Part shown: in pieces, positions 6,154 to 14,357 of the stretch
Layout of the letters: every line of letters begins with the position of its first letter
Numbering within the stretch: the stretch's first letter is position 1
Virus record (IMG/VR): IMGVR_UViG_3300038673_000365
Span: 1 to 28,369 of that record
Origin: a virus
Lineage: Duplodnaviria; Caudoviricetes
Length of the DNA: 28,369 nt
Strand: one strand, 5' to 3'
The notes under the pieces: model-generated
The model's database searches: none
Told to the model about the DNA's origin: nothing
Seen by the model: only the letters and a program-made list of their open reading frames with translations
Position numbers and translations under genes: made by a program

Positions 6154-6731
6154 TGGCCTGCGAGTTCAGCGGCACGGTGCGCGATGCTTTCGCAAAACGT
6201 GGGCATGACGCGTGGTCCTGCGACATCCTGCCGAGTGAGGCTGGTGGTCAGCACATACAGGGCGATGCGCTCGAAGTCCTTGGCGACGGCTGGGACATGG
6301 CAATCATGCACCCGCCCTGCACCCACTTGGCCGTAAGCGGTTCGCGGTGGTTTCCACTCAAGCAGGACGAGCAGCGCGAAGCCCTTGATTTCGTCCGTGC
6401 GCTCATGGCTGCGCCGATACCGCGCATAGCCATCGAGAACCCTGTGAGCATCATTTCGAGCCACATCCGCAGGCCGGACCAGATCATCCAGCCGTGGCAA
6501 TTCGGGCACGGCGAGATGAAGACGACATGCCTTTGGCTGAAGAACTTGCCGAGGCTGAAACCGACGAACATCGTTGAAGGCCGTGAACAACGTGTTTGGA
6601 AGATGCCGCCGAGCGAAAACAGGTGGGCAGAGCGGAGCAGGACGTTTTACGGGATTGCCGACGCTATGGCTGAACAATGGGGGAAATTGCCAGCGATGAG
6701 AGACACGGGGTTTATGAGGTTGTGCGTATGA
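6141..6731 (+). CDS. Short phage DNA cytosine-C5 methyltransferase-like protein, 196 aa
   Basis: MRVLVACEFSG (motif I-like), SCDI, HPPCT (catalytic PC), IENPV (motif VI-like), RSRTFYGIADAMAEQWG. Confidence 0.8.
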   Translation: MRVLVACEFSGTVRDAFAKRGHDAWSCDILPSEAGGQHIQGDALEVLGDGWDMAIMHPPCTHLAVSGSRWFPLKQDEQREALDFVRALMAAPIPRIAIENPVSIISSHIRRPDQIIQPWQFGHGEMKTTCLWLKNLPRLKPTNIVEGREQRVWKMPPSENRWAERSRTFYGIADAMAEQWGKLPAMRDTGFMRLCV

Positions 6732-7081
6732 CCGAGCACGAAGAACAAGTCGCCCTCATGCGCTTGGTGGAGATGCACAAAGGCCGGTGGCCGGAACTGG
6801 GGATGCTGTACGCGGTACCGAATGGGTCAGAGCGAAACGTCATCGTCGGGCGCAAGCTCAAGGCGGAGGGCGTGAAAAAAGGCGTCCCGGATTTATGTCT
6901 GCCAGTGCCGAGGGGCGGCTTCCACGGCCTCTACATCGAGATGAAGCGCCAGAAGAAAAGTCAGATCAGCCCCGAACAAGTAGCATGGCTCAAGGCGCTA
7001 CAGGGGCAGGGTTATCGAGCAGAGATGTGTCTAGGGGCAGCGGCGGCTTGGGAAGTCATTCAAGAATACATGCGAGGATAG
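6728..7081 (+). CDS. VRR-NUC domain nuclease (Holliday junction resolvase-like), 117 aa
   Basis: EHEEQ, AVPNG, GVKKGVPDL, LYIEMK, SPEQVAWL...GY motifs; ATGA overlap. Confidence 0.9.
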   Translation: MTEHEEQVALMRLVEMHKGRWPELGMLYAVPNGSERNVIVGRKLKAEGVKKGVPDLCLPVPRGGFHGLYIEMKRQKKSQISPEQVAWLKALQGQGYRAEMCLGAAAAWEVIQEYMRG

Positions 7082-7235
7082 CCAAAATTCAGTCGACGTT
7101 GGCGCGTGAGAGGTTTTAGGCGGGAATGTGGGCAACGAGTCGGATGATGGTTTTAAACGCGGGAGAAGCGAAATATGAGCGAAAAAACGGTATTCGAGCA
7201 GGCCGTGGACAAGTGGGGGCCGGAGGGCCAGGCCG

Positions 7236-7469
7236 ATGAGTGACCCCCGCCGGGAGCAGGCCCTCGAAAGGCTCATCGAGTCAGAGTTCAAGCGGCAGGC
7301 CTCCAAGGTCCTCGTCGAGTCAACGCCCGGGGGCGGAATCCGCCTCCTCTTCGGGCGCGGCCCCGTCCTTTTCGAGTCATCCCTCCCCAGGGAGGAGGCC
7401 ATCGCCTTTTCGCAGGACCTCATCCGAGCCATCGCCGCAGGCGAACCGACCTGGGAGGGCTTCGACTGA
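7236..7469 (+). CDS. Hypothetical protein, 77 aa
   Basis: GGAGG upstream; stop overlaps the start of the Mor-like gene. Confidence 0.65.
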   Translation: MSDPRREQALERLIESEFKRQASKVLVESTPGGGIRLLFGRGPVLFESSLPREEAIAFSQDLIRAIAAGEPTWEGFD

Positions 7470-7846
7470 TGGGTGCGCAGTCCATCACCTGGGCAGAGCT
7501 CCTCGAAACCATCGGACCCGAGGCGGCCCAAGCCCTCGGGGAGCGTTACGGCGGCGTGTCAAAGTACATCCCGAGCGACTACACCCGGGGCGACCTCCTC
7601 CCCCTCCTGGGCATCTACGCGGCCACGGCCATGTCGGCCAGGTACGGCGGTTCGACGCTCATGATCCCCAACGCCGTGAAGAAGCGGAAGCCCGTCAAGG
7701 CACGGATCCTCCAGCTGATCGCCGCGGGCTGGTCAACCCGCCGCGTCGCCCTGGAATGCCAGGTCACGGAAAGGTGGGTGGACATGGTCTGTAGGGAGGC
7801 CTCGCGCCGTCAGACCGTCCGCACCCTTCCCATTCGTCGCCCATGA
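7469..7846 (+). CDS. Mor/C-family transcription activator (probable late activator), 125 aa
   Basis: Duplicated IGxEAAxALxxRYGG...YIP motif plus C-terminal HTH (GWSTRRVALECQVTERWV); sits just before the lysis/late genes. Confidence 0.8.
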   Translation: MGAQSITWAELLETIGPEAAQALGERYGGVSKYIPSDYTRGDLLPLLGIYAATAMSARYGGSTLMIPNAVKKRKPVKARILQLIAAGWSTRRVALECQVTERWVDMVCREASRRQTVRTLPIRRP

Positions 7847-7859
7847 AGTGCTTCGGGGT
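7845..7859 (+). promoter_or_regulatory. Putative activator-binding site of the lysis/packaging late promoter
   Basis: GAAGTGCTTCGGGGT, 13/15 identical to GAAGCACTTCGGGGT at 15754-15768; dyad GAAG-NN-CTTC. Confidence 0.6.
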
Positions 7860-7918
7860 AAACACCCCACAAGGGCTGCGCCATGGCGTGAAAAAAAGAA
7901 CCGCTCAAGGGGAACAAT

Positions 7919-8251
7919 GTGGAAGGGACTGCACTCGAAATGATCGGAATCAGCGTGACCATAGGCCTGGCAGGGGCCGGTGTCATTGGTGGCCTGCTCG
8001 TTTGGAGCCTGAAGAGAAACATCAGCGCCATGGACAAAAAGCTCGACGAGCTCGCGGACGAGGTTGCGAAGCTCCGGGCCGAGAACTCAACCCTCCGGGA
8101 AAAGGCCGTCACGGACGACGAGTGCATGTCCTGCCGCAAGGAGTGCCGCGAAGGGTTCACGGCGTGGATGGCCCGTCTTGAGGCCAAGATGGACAACCTG
8201 CTTTTGATCGGGGCCAACGTGAACAACGGCCTCGGAGGCGTCAGGGCATGA
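7919..8251 (+). CDS. Single-TM membrane protein with coiled coil, holin/antiholin candidate
   Basis: Hydrophobic IGISVTIGLAGAGVIGGLLVWSL then a heptad-like region; immediately upstream of the endolysin. Confidence 0.6.
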   Translation: MEGTALEMIGISVTIGLAGAGVIGGLLVWSLKRNISAMDKKLDELADEVAKLRAENSTLREKAVTDDECMSCRKECREGFTAWMARLEAKMDNLLLIGANVNNGLGGVRA

Positions 8252-8718
8252 ACTACACCCAAGTCGAGGAAGACCTGATTCGGGACGAGGGGGTCAAGCT
8301 CCGGGTCTACAAATGCACTGCCGGCCACCCGACAATCGGGGTCGGCCACAAACTTTCAGAGCGCGAGATCCTGACCGGGCTCTCCGAGATCTCCCTGGAA
8401 CAGGCCGGGGACCTCCTCCACCAAGACATCGGGACCGCCCTGAACGCCTGCTACCGGATCTTCGGCCGGGAGCGGTTCGACTCCTTTTCCGAGCCCAGGC
8501 AAAGGGCCCTGGTGAATATGGCGTTCCAGCTGGGCCTGAAGGGCCTCCTGGGGTTCGGGAACATGGTCAAGGCCATCGCCGCAGGGGACTGGAGGCGGGC
8601 CCATGCAGAGGCCCTGGACTCCAAATGGGCCAGGCAGGACTCACCGGCCAGGGCAAGGCGCGTGGCCTTCACCCTCCTGGCCGAGGTCGACGAAAAAACC
8701 ATGAGGCGGACGGCATGA
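8248..8718 (+). CDS. Endolysin, phage lysozyme (GH24/T4-like)
   Basis: DEGVKLRVYKCTAGHPTIGVGH and ALVNMAFQLG...F..M..AI...DW..A..E.LDSKWARQ.P.RA.R. Confidence 0.92.
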   Translation: MNYTQVEEDLIRDEGVKLRVYKCTAGHPTIGVGHKLSEREILTGLSEISLEQAGDLLHQDIGTALNACYRIFGRERFDSFSEPRQRALVNMAFQLGLKGLLGFGNMVKAIAAGDWRRAHAEALDSKWARQDSPARARRVAFTLLAEVDEKTMRRTA

Positions 8719-9131
8719 GAATCGAGTTCAGGACCGAGCCAGAATACAGCGACCTTCCGGACGGCAGAACACGCCGCCTGCTCAACGACGTTGTGGTCCT
8801 CATCGACGGTCAGCCCCTCGTCATTCCGGCCGGGTTCCTGACGGACGGGGCCAGCGTGCCCAGGGGCCTCTGGAATATCTTTCCGCCCTTCGGGCCCTAC
8901 AACAAGGCCTCCCTGCTCCACGACTACCTCTACGAAACCGGCCGCATGAACCGGGCCAGGCTCACGCGCGGGCAGGCCGACGAGACCTTCCTGGCCGCCA
9001 TGGTCGCACTGGACGTTCCGGCCTGGCAACGGCGCGCCATGTATGCAGGGGTCAGGGTCGGGGCCTGGAGGGCCTGGGGGTGCTACCGGGACGCAGACAT
9101 ATACCGCGAAGCATGGGGGATTGAACGATGA
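8715..9131 (+). CDS. DUF1353-family protein, 138 aa
   Basis: IPAGFLTDGASVP, ASLLHDYLY, ADETFLAAM, MYAGVRVG motifs; ATGA overlap. Confidence 0.85.
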   Translation: MRIEFRTEPEYSDLPDGRTRRLLNDVVVLIDGQPLVIPAGFLTDGASVPRGLWNIFPPFGPYNKASLLHDYLYETGRMNRARLTRGQADETFLAAMVALDVPAWQRRAMYAGVRVGAWRAWGCYRDADIYREAWGIER

Positions 9132-9268
9132 CCAAGAAGACCAAGGCCGTCATTGCGGCCGCCTGCGGAACCGCTATTGTCGTAGCCGCCATCGCGGCAG
9201 GCTACACCCCCGAGGAAGTCGGGACGCTCATCCGGGCCGTCGTGGCGTGTCTCGTCGGGGTGATATGA
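9128..9268 (+). CDS. Small two-hydrophobic-segment membrane protein, 46 aa, holin candidate
   Basis: Read manually: MTKKTKAVIAAACGTAIVVAAIAAGYTPEEVGTLIRAVVACLVGVI; ATGA overlaps at both ends. Confidence 0.65.
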   Translation: MTKKTKAVIAAACGTAIVVAAIAAGYTPEEVGTLIRAVVACLVGVI

Positions 9269-9657
9269 GCCTCACTCCGGCACAAGAAGCCTTTGCCCAG
9301 CTTGTTGCGGCTGGGAAAAGCCAGGCCGAGGCTTACAGGACGGCTTATCCGAAGGCCGCCGCATGGAAGCCGGAAACCGTCTGGAACCGAGCCAGCGCCC
9401 TCATGCGTGAGGATGAGGTTCTTGCTAGGGTCGAGCAGATCCGCGCAGAACTAGCAGAGCGTGGCCTCTGGAGCCGTGAGCAGTCCGCAAGGGCGCTCAT
9501 CGAGATTGTTCAGGCTGGTGGACGTGACAGCGACCGAATCAAGGCCGTTTGCGAGTTGAACAAGATGCACGGCTACCACGAGCCGGAAAAGCACGAGCAC
9601 AGCGGTCCTGGCAGTGAACCGCTCCGGGTGGTGTATGTCAGCGCTCGCGGGAAATGA
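9265..9657 (+). CDS. terS: Terminase small subunit, 130 aa
   Basis: LTPAQEAFAQLVAAGKSQAEAYRTAY HTH, RIKAVCELNKMHG, KHEHSGPG tail; precedes TerL. Confidence 0.88.
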   Translation: MSLTPAQEAFAQLVAAGKSQAEAYRTAYPKAAAWKPETVWNRASALMREDEVLARVEQIRAELAERGLWSREQSARALIEIVQAGGRDSDRIKAVCELNKMHGYHEPEKHEHSGPGSEPLRVVYVSARGK

Positions 9658-10864
9658 TCTGGCCCTCCCGGACTGGATGGAGGATTATGATACACGCGCA
9701 AGATACAAGGTTGCATACGGAGGCCGCGGGTCTTCGAAGTCGTGGTCTTTTGCTCGGAGGCTACTGCTAGACGTGGCGTTAAGCTCATCGTCTTTGCGTG
9801 TTCTTTGTGCCCGCGAGTTGCAGGTGTCTATCCGTGATTCCGTGCACAGGCTCCTGTGTGACCAGATTGATGCGATGGGCCTGCGTTATCGCTTTGATAC
9901 AGGCGAATCGTACATCAGGTGCTCGAACGGCTCCGAGTTCTTATTCAAGGGCCTCCGGCACAACGCCGGCGAGATCAAGAGCATGGAGAACATTTCCATC
10001 TGCTGGGTCGAAGAGGCTCAGGCCGTTTCTGAGGACTCATGGACTCTGCTGATCCCCACCATCCGCGCCCCGGGCTCCGAAATCTGGGTCACGTTCAACC
10101 CGGATCAGGAGACAGACCCAACCTACCGGCGCTTCGTGACGTCCCCGCCGCCTGGTGCCATCGTCCGCAAGGTCAACTGGCACGACAACCCATGGTTCCC
10201 TCCCGAGCTTGAGGCCGAGCGCCGCCACATGCTCGAAACTGATCTAGATGCCTACAACTGGGTCTGGGAAGGCGAGTGCCGAAAGGCCAGTGACGCCCAG
10301 GTCCTGAAAGGCAAGTGGGTCGTTGAGCCCTTCGCGCCCGGGCCTGATTGGGATGGCCCGTACTTCGGTTGCGACTGGGGGTTCTCCTCCGACCCTTCCG
10401 CCCTGGTGCGCCTCTTCATCCACGACTGGACGCTCTACATCGAGCACGAGGCCTACGGCGTCGGCGTAGAGATCGACCACCTGCCGGCCATGTTCGACTT
10501 GGTGCCAGGTTCCCGAGAGCGGTTGATCCGGGCAGACTCGGCCAGGCCCGAAACAATCAGCTTCATGCGTCGCCAGGGTTTCAAGATGATCGGTGCCGAG
10601 AAATACAAGGGGAGCGTCGAGGAGGGTGTGGAGTTCTTGCGGAGCTTCAAACGGATCGTGATCCACCCGCGGTGCAAGCACGCCGCTGAAGAGGCCAAGC
10701 TCTGGAGTTACAAGACGGACCGCCTGACCGGCGATGTCCTGCCGGTGCTCGTGGACGCGCACAACCATTGCTGGGATGGCGTCAGGTATGCGCTTGAGCC
10801 GGCCATCAAGGCAAAAACTCGGGGCGACATCGGCCCCCTCACCATGCAGGTCGCAGGCCTATGA
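9635..10864 (+). CDS. terL: Terminase large subunit, PBSX/SPP1-like family, ~409 aa
   Basis: Walker A YGGRGSSKS, Walker B ICWVEEA, TFNP, nuclease GCDWGFSSDP, ADSARPE, HNHCWDGVRYA. Confidence 0.96.
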   Translation: MSALAGNDLALPDWMEDYDTRARYKVAYGGRGSSKSWSFARRLLLDVALSSSSLRVLCARELQVSIRDSVHRLLCDQIDAMGLRYRFDTGESYIRCSNGSEFLFKGLRHNAGEIKSMENISICWVEEAQAVSEDSWTLLIPTIRAPGSEIWVTFNPDQETDPTYRRFVTSPPPGAIVRKVNWHDNPWFPPELEAERRHMLETDLDAYNWVWEGECRKASDAQVLKGKWVVEPFAPGPDWDGPYFGCDWGFSSDPSALVRLFIHDWTLYIEHEAYGVGVEIDHLPAMFDLVPGSRERLIRADSARPETISFMRRQGFKMIGAEKYKGSVEEGVEFLRSFKRIVIHPRCKHAAEEAKLWSYKTDRLTGDVLPVLVDAHNHCWDGVRYALEPAIKAKTRGDIGPLTMQVAGL

Positions 10865-12933
10865 TGACACCCAAGAAAGAGCGCAAGCTGTTGGACAGCA
10901 CCGCAACGGCCATCCAAAAGCAGGCCCAGGCCGCCCTGGATCAGGTGATGGCCCTCATCGCAAAAAAGATCCCGCCCCGGGACGCCCTCCAGCAGGTCAC
11001 GAAGACCTTCAAGGGGGCCTACACCAAGGAGCTTGCCGCCGCCTTCTCCGAGATCCTCCAGGCCTCCGTGGGCGAGAAGTCCGTCCTGGGCATGCACATC
11101 GGCGGCGTGTCCCTGTCCCAACGCTTCTACCGGGAAACGCAGGCCATCAACGCCACCGTCCTGAACCTCATCAACTCGCATTCGAAGGGCTTCGACCAGG
11201 CCCGCGACCTGACCCTGAAGATCTTCGAGGGCTACGGCTTCAAGGCCCAGGAGGTCCTCAAGCTCCACCCCGGAAACAAGGCTCTGCCCAAGTACCTGCG
11301 GGACGAGCTCCTCATCGACCCTGGCGTCCAGGGAGAGCTCGCAAGGCACTTCGCCCGGGCGCAGGCCCTCCGCCTCAAGACCCCAGGCCTGAAGGCCGCA
11401 TATCTCGAGTATCTGGACGCCATCGAGACCGGGGCCGGGATGGACTTCCTCGAAAAGAAGCTCCAGGGGGCCTATTACGAGAAAATGCGCTATTTTGCGA
11501 ACCGCATCGCCCAGACCGAGCTCCACCGGGCCTACGCCCTGACTAACGCGCGGGAGCTCCTCAAGGACACAGATGTCGAATGGGTCCAGTACCGCATGAG
11601 CAGGACGCACCCGCAAATGGACATCTGCGACCTGTACGCGAAGCGGGACCTCTACGGGAAGGGGCCCGGGGTTTACCCCGTGGGCAAGTGCCCGCTGGCC
11701 CCGATCCATCCCCATTGCCGGTGCGTCGTGGCCCCGCGCCTGGACATCCACGAAACCGCCAAGGGGGCCAGGCGGAAGCCAAACGCAGACCGGGACTTCC
11801 TGGCGGGCCTCTCCGACCGCCACGCGGCCATGGTGATGGGCTCCAGGGCCAAGGCCGACCTTGTCCTCGGGGGGCTCGACGCGACGGACGTTTTCAACGC
11901 CGGGACAGATCCGCTTTATCAGGTCCGCCCGCTGGCGGAGGCCGTCAAAAAGCACGGCATGGTGGTGCCGAAGCCGTCCAAGCCGAAGGCCGCGCCAAGG
12001 CCCGCGCCGGCCGCACCCAAGCCAGCGGCCGCACCGTCTCCGGCAGTCCAGTATTGGGACCCGAAAACGGACGCCGGGATATGGCACGAAGCATCGTTCC
12101 GGGATGCCCCGGCCTGGGTGAAGGAAGCGATCCAAAAGGCAGGACGGCCGGGCGGCGGGGTGATAAAGGGGTCTGTCAAGGACGGGGCCTTCTACTCCCC
12201 GATGCCCGACCAGATTTGCATGGCGCAAATGAACCCTACGGACGGGCTCCGGGAGGTCGGGACCTGGCGGCATGAATACGGCCACTACGTTGACGACTTC
12301 CTGGGGAGGAAGGCAAACGTCTCATACACACAGGGCCAAAAAATCAGCTCGCAGGCGGAGTTCACCGCGGCTATGGCCGAAGACGCACGGACAATCAAGG
12401 CGTCGAGCTTGACAAGCATGACCGCCCTAGACGCCGCCGGGAAAACGGCCCTCGCATACAAGGATTACCTTAACGCCGCAGACAAGGACGCCTGGCTCCG
12501 GGCCTTGACGGACAGGATCGGCCTTGATCTGGAGGCAACGAAGAAAAGCATCAAGAGCCACCTCGGCTCGGTAGAGCTAAACTGGACGGCGCACATCGAG
12601 GAGCGCATGGTCAAAATGATCATCTCCCTGGAACAAAGGGACGCTGCCGGGCTGATTTCTTGGTTCTCCGGCGGGAGCTACGCGAACATGGAGGCTACCT
12701 TCAACAAGGGCATGCTTGGCAAGGTCGCGGACCTCTTCGGGGCGGCTACCGACAACGCCGTCGGGTGGGGCCATTCAGACACCTACTACAAACAAAGGGC
12801 AGGATGGGGCCAGCAATCAGAGGCCTGGGCCAACGTGTTTGCGCTGGAGGGGTCAGGCGACCCGTTTTTCCAGAAAATACTCGAAACCTTTGCCCCGAAC
12901 ATGCTTCGGGCAACCAGGGAGATTTGCAAATGA
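10861..12933 (+). CDS. MuF (Mu gpF/SPP1 gp7-like) minor head protein with C-terminal HExxH metallopeptidase-like extension, 690 aa
   Basis: RIAQTELHRAY, DICD, PIHPHCRC MuF motifs; Pro/Ala/Lys linker; C-terminal WRHEYGHYVD...WGHSDTYY...SEAWANVF. Confidence 0.85.
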   Translation: MMTPKKERKLLDSTATAIQKQAQAALDQVMALIAKKIPPRDALQQVTKTFKGAYTKELAAAFSEILQASVGEKSVLGMHIGGVSLSQRFYRETQAINATVLNLINSHSKGFDQARDLTLKIFEGYGFKAQEVLKLHPGNKALPKYLRDELLIDPGVQGELARHFARAQALRLKTPGLKAAYLEYLDAIETGAGMDFLEKKLQGAYYEKMRYFANRIAQTELHRAYALTNARELLKDTDVEWVQYRMSRTHPQMDICDLYAKRDLYGKGPGVYPVGKCPLAPIHPHCRCVVAPRLDIHETAKGARRKPNADRDFLAGLSDRHAAMVMGSRAKADLVLGGLDATDVFNAGTDPLYQVRPLAEAVKKHGMVVPKPSKPKAAPRPAPAAPKPAAAPSPAVQYWDPKTDAGIWHEASFRDAPAWVKEAIQKAGRPGGGVIKGSVKDGAFYSPMPDQICMAQMNPTDGLREVGTWRHEYGHYVDDFLGRKANVSYTQGQKISSQAEFTAAMAEDARTIKASSLTSMTALDAAGKTALAYKDYLNAADKDAWLRALTDRIGLDLEATKKSIKSHLGSVELNWTAHIEERMVKMIISLEQRDAAGLISWFSGGSYANMEATFNKGMLGKVADLFGAATDNAVGWGHSDTYYKQRAGWGQQSEAWANVFALEGSGDPFFQKILETFAPNMLRATREICK

Positions 12934-13136
12934 CGTACACGCAAGATGAGCGCGGCCAGATCGCGGAGAAGTACCGCACCATGTTCGGGAAGTACCCGCC
13001 GATCTTGTTCGAGCTCGATCAGAATACAGTGATTGGACTCGCGGAAAAAGCCATCAAGCGGGGGGCGGCCATCAACGACAAGGACATGGAGGAGGCTTTC
13101 AAGGCGCACGGGGTCAGCCCGGAGCGATCTTACTAG
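12930..13136 (+). CDS. Small protein, 68 aa, candidate immunity partner of the MuF C-terminal domain
   Basis: MTYTQDERGQIAEKYRTMFGKYPPILF...; ATGA-coupled to MuF and followed by a terminator. Confidence 0.7.
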   Translation: MTYTQDERGQIAEKYRTMFGKYPPILFELDQNTVIGLAEKAIKRGAAINDKDMEEAFKAHGVSPERSY

Positions 13137-13141
13137 CCAAC

Positions 13142-13176
13142 AAAAAAGGCCCCCGAACTTGGGGGCCTTCCTTTTT
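13142..13176. terminator. Bidirectional intrinsic terminator between convergent late operons
   Basis: AAAAAAGGCCCCC-gaactt-GGGGGCCTTCCTTTTT. Confidence 0.85.
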
Positions 13177-13218
13177 CCCGGCCTGGAGTGTTCCGCTACC
13201 AATTTGGCCGGGGAAATA

Positions 13219-13614
13219 TCAGCCTTCCACCACGGCTCTGACGGCCATGAGCTTGTATGTGTCGATCCGGTCCTCATCGAGGAGGGTTTCCTCGTACTCT
13301 CCGCCCAGGGCGGCCAGGACCTCGATGATGGAGTCCTCCAGGTCGAAAAGTTCCGCGTAGAGCTTCTCCAGGCGCACCCGGCCCGCGTCGTCGGGCTCCT
13401 CGTCAAACTCCTCGATGGGCTTCCCGAAATAGATCAGGACCTCGACCTGGCGGAAGCCGATCACGTCCCCGTGGCGCACCGTCGTGGGCACGATCCGGAC
13501 CATCGGATAGTCCGCCGCCGTCATCCCCTTCTCGATGCCGATTTTCGAGGTCTGAATCCCCGGGATCAGGGCCAGCTGGTCCCGGAGCTCTTCGAGCTTT
13601 GTCATAATGGCCAT
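13219..13614 (-). CDS. Putative tail terminator/head-tail completion protein, 131 aa
   Basis: Acidic, YPMVRIVP pattern, GAGGGTG SD; co-oriented with portal and neck genes; function inferred from size and context. Confidence 0.55.
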   Translation of the reverse strand: MAIMTKLEELRDQLALIPGIQTSKIGIEKGMTAADYPMVRIVPTTVRHGDVIGFRQVEVLIYFGKPIEEFDEEPDDAGRVRLEKLYAELFDLEDSIIEVLAALGGEYEETLLDEDRIDTYKLMAVRAVVEG

Positions 13615-13618
13615 GGGC

Positions 13619-13930
13619 TCACCCTCTCAAGATCGGGACGGAGAAGACCGCCGCCGGGTTCCCGTCATCATCCGGGGTGGCCGCCCTGGCCTGGCCCAGG
13701 AGGGAATCAAACTCGCCGCGGTAGTGTTTCAGCTTGGCCCCGAACAGGTCGTCGGGGGAGGCCTGGCACTCCAGGCAGGCGATGACGTAAGTGCGGGCCG
13801 TGGCCAGCTTGTCCCGCCAGGCCTCGGCAAACGTGCCCAGGGCATCGACGTCGGCATAGGCCCGGGTTTCCCTCGCCTCGGTGCAGTGCTTCGCCAGGTA
13901 GGCGTCGTAGAACGTATTGACGGTGGGCAT
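13619..13930 (-). CDS. Putative head-tail adaptor, 103 aa
   Basis: Helical body with C-terminal strand VFSVPILRG as in adaptor proteins; AAGGAG SD; context. Confidence 0.55.
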   Translation of the reverse strand: MPTVNTFYDAYLAKHCTEARETRAYADVDALGTFAEAWRDKLATARTYVIACLECQASPDDLFGAKLKHYRGEFDSLLGQARAATPDDDGNPAAVFSVPILRG

Positions 13931-13934
13931 CAGG

Positions 13935-14357
13935 TCACTCCTTCCAGTGCCGTTTCAGGATTTCAGCGAACCGGGCAATGGCCTTGTCGGCCGCCGCGTC
14001 CAGGTAGTGGTCGCCCTTATAGCCCGGGTGGTGGACAATCTTGGAGAAGATAAAGCCCCCGCGGCCAGCCCAGCGGAGGGACTTCTTGCCCTTGGGCCGG
14101 ATCTCATGGGGCCTGGTCCCGAACAACACAAAGGCGGCATGTGGAGCCCGCCCCGTGTCGTGGCCGACCGCGCGGCCTGTTTTGGTCTGCCGGTTGAAGA
14201 CGCTTTGGAACAGGGCCCCGGTCTTCGTGTGCGCGTCCGCGCCGGCCTGGGTTTCGTCATAGACCACCTGGGCCAGGTCCCGCACAACCGGGCCGACAAA
14301 CTTCTCGTCGATCTGGAACTCCTTCGATCCCACGCTCCGGACGGTGATCTTGATCAT
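13935..14357 (-). CDS. HK97 gp10-like neck/tail-completion protein, 140 aa
   Basis: KTGALFQS, HAAFVLFGTRPHEIRPK...LRW...VHHPGYKG motifs. Confidence 0.8.
   Translation of the reverse strand: MIKITVRSVGSKEFQIDEKFVGPVVRDLAQVVYDETQAGADAHTKTGALFQSVFNRQTKTGRAVGHDTGRAPHAAFVLFGTRPHEIRPKGKKSLRWAGRGGFIFSKIVHHPGYKGDHYLDAAADKAIARFAEILKRHWKE

Noticed and set aside
7082-7174. Intergenic stretch with GGTTTTA repeated (7112, 7149) and CGCGT/ACGCG ends
   Set aside because: Matches are too short to distinguish from chance; no function can be supported
11182-11195. TCGAAG-GG-CTTCGA palindrome sharing the GAAG-NN-CTTC core
   Set aside because: Inside the MuF coding sequence, no GGGGT arm and no suitably placed -10
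10708-12285. Long antisense ORFs (525 aa here; also 17349-18509, 14876-15817, 22103-23038)
   Set aside because: Shadow frames of GC-rich genes with biased third positions; no motifs or SD support
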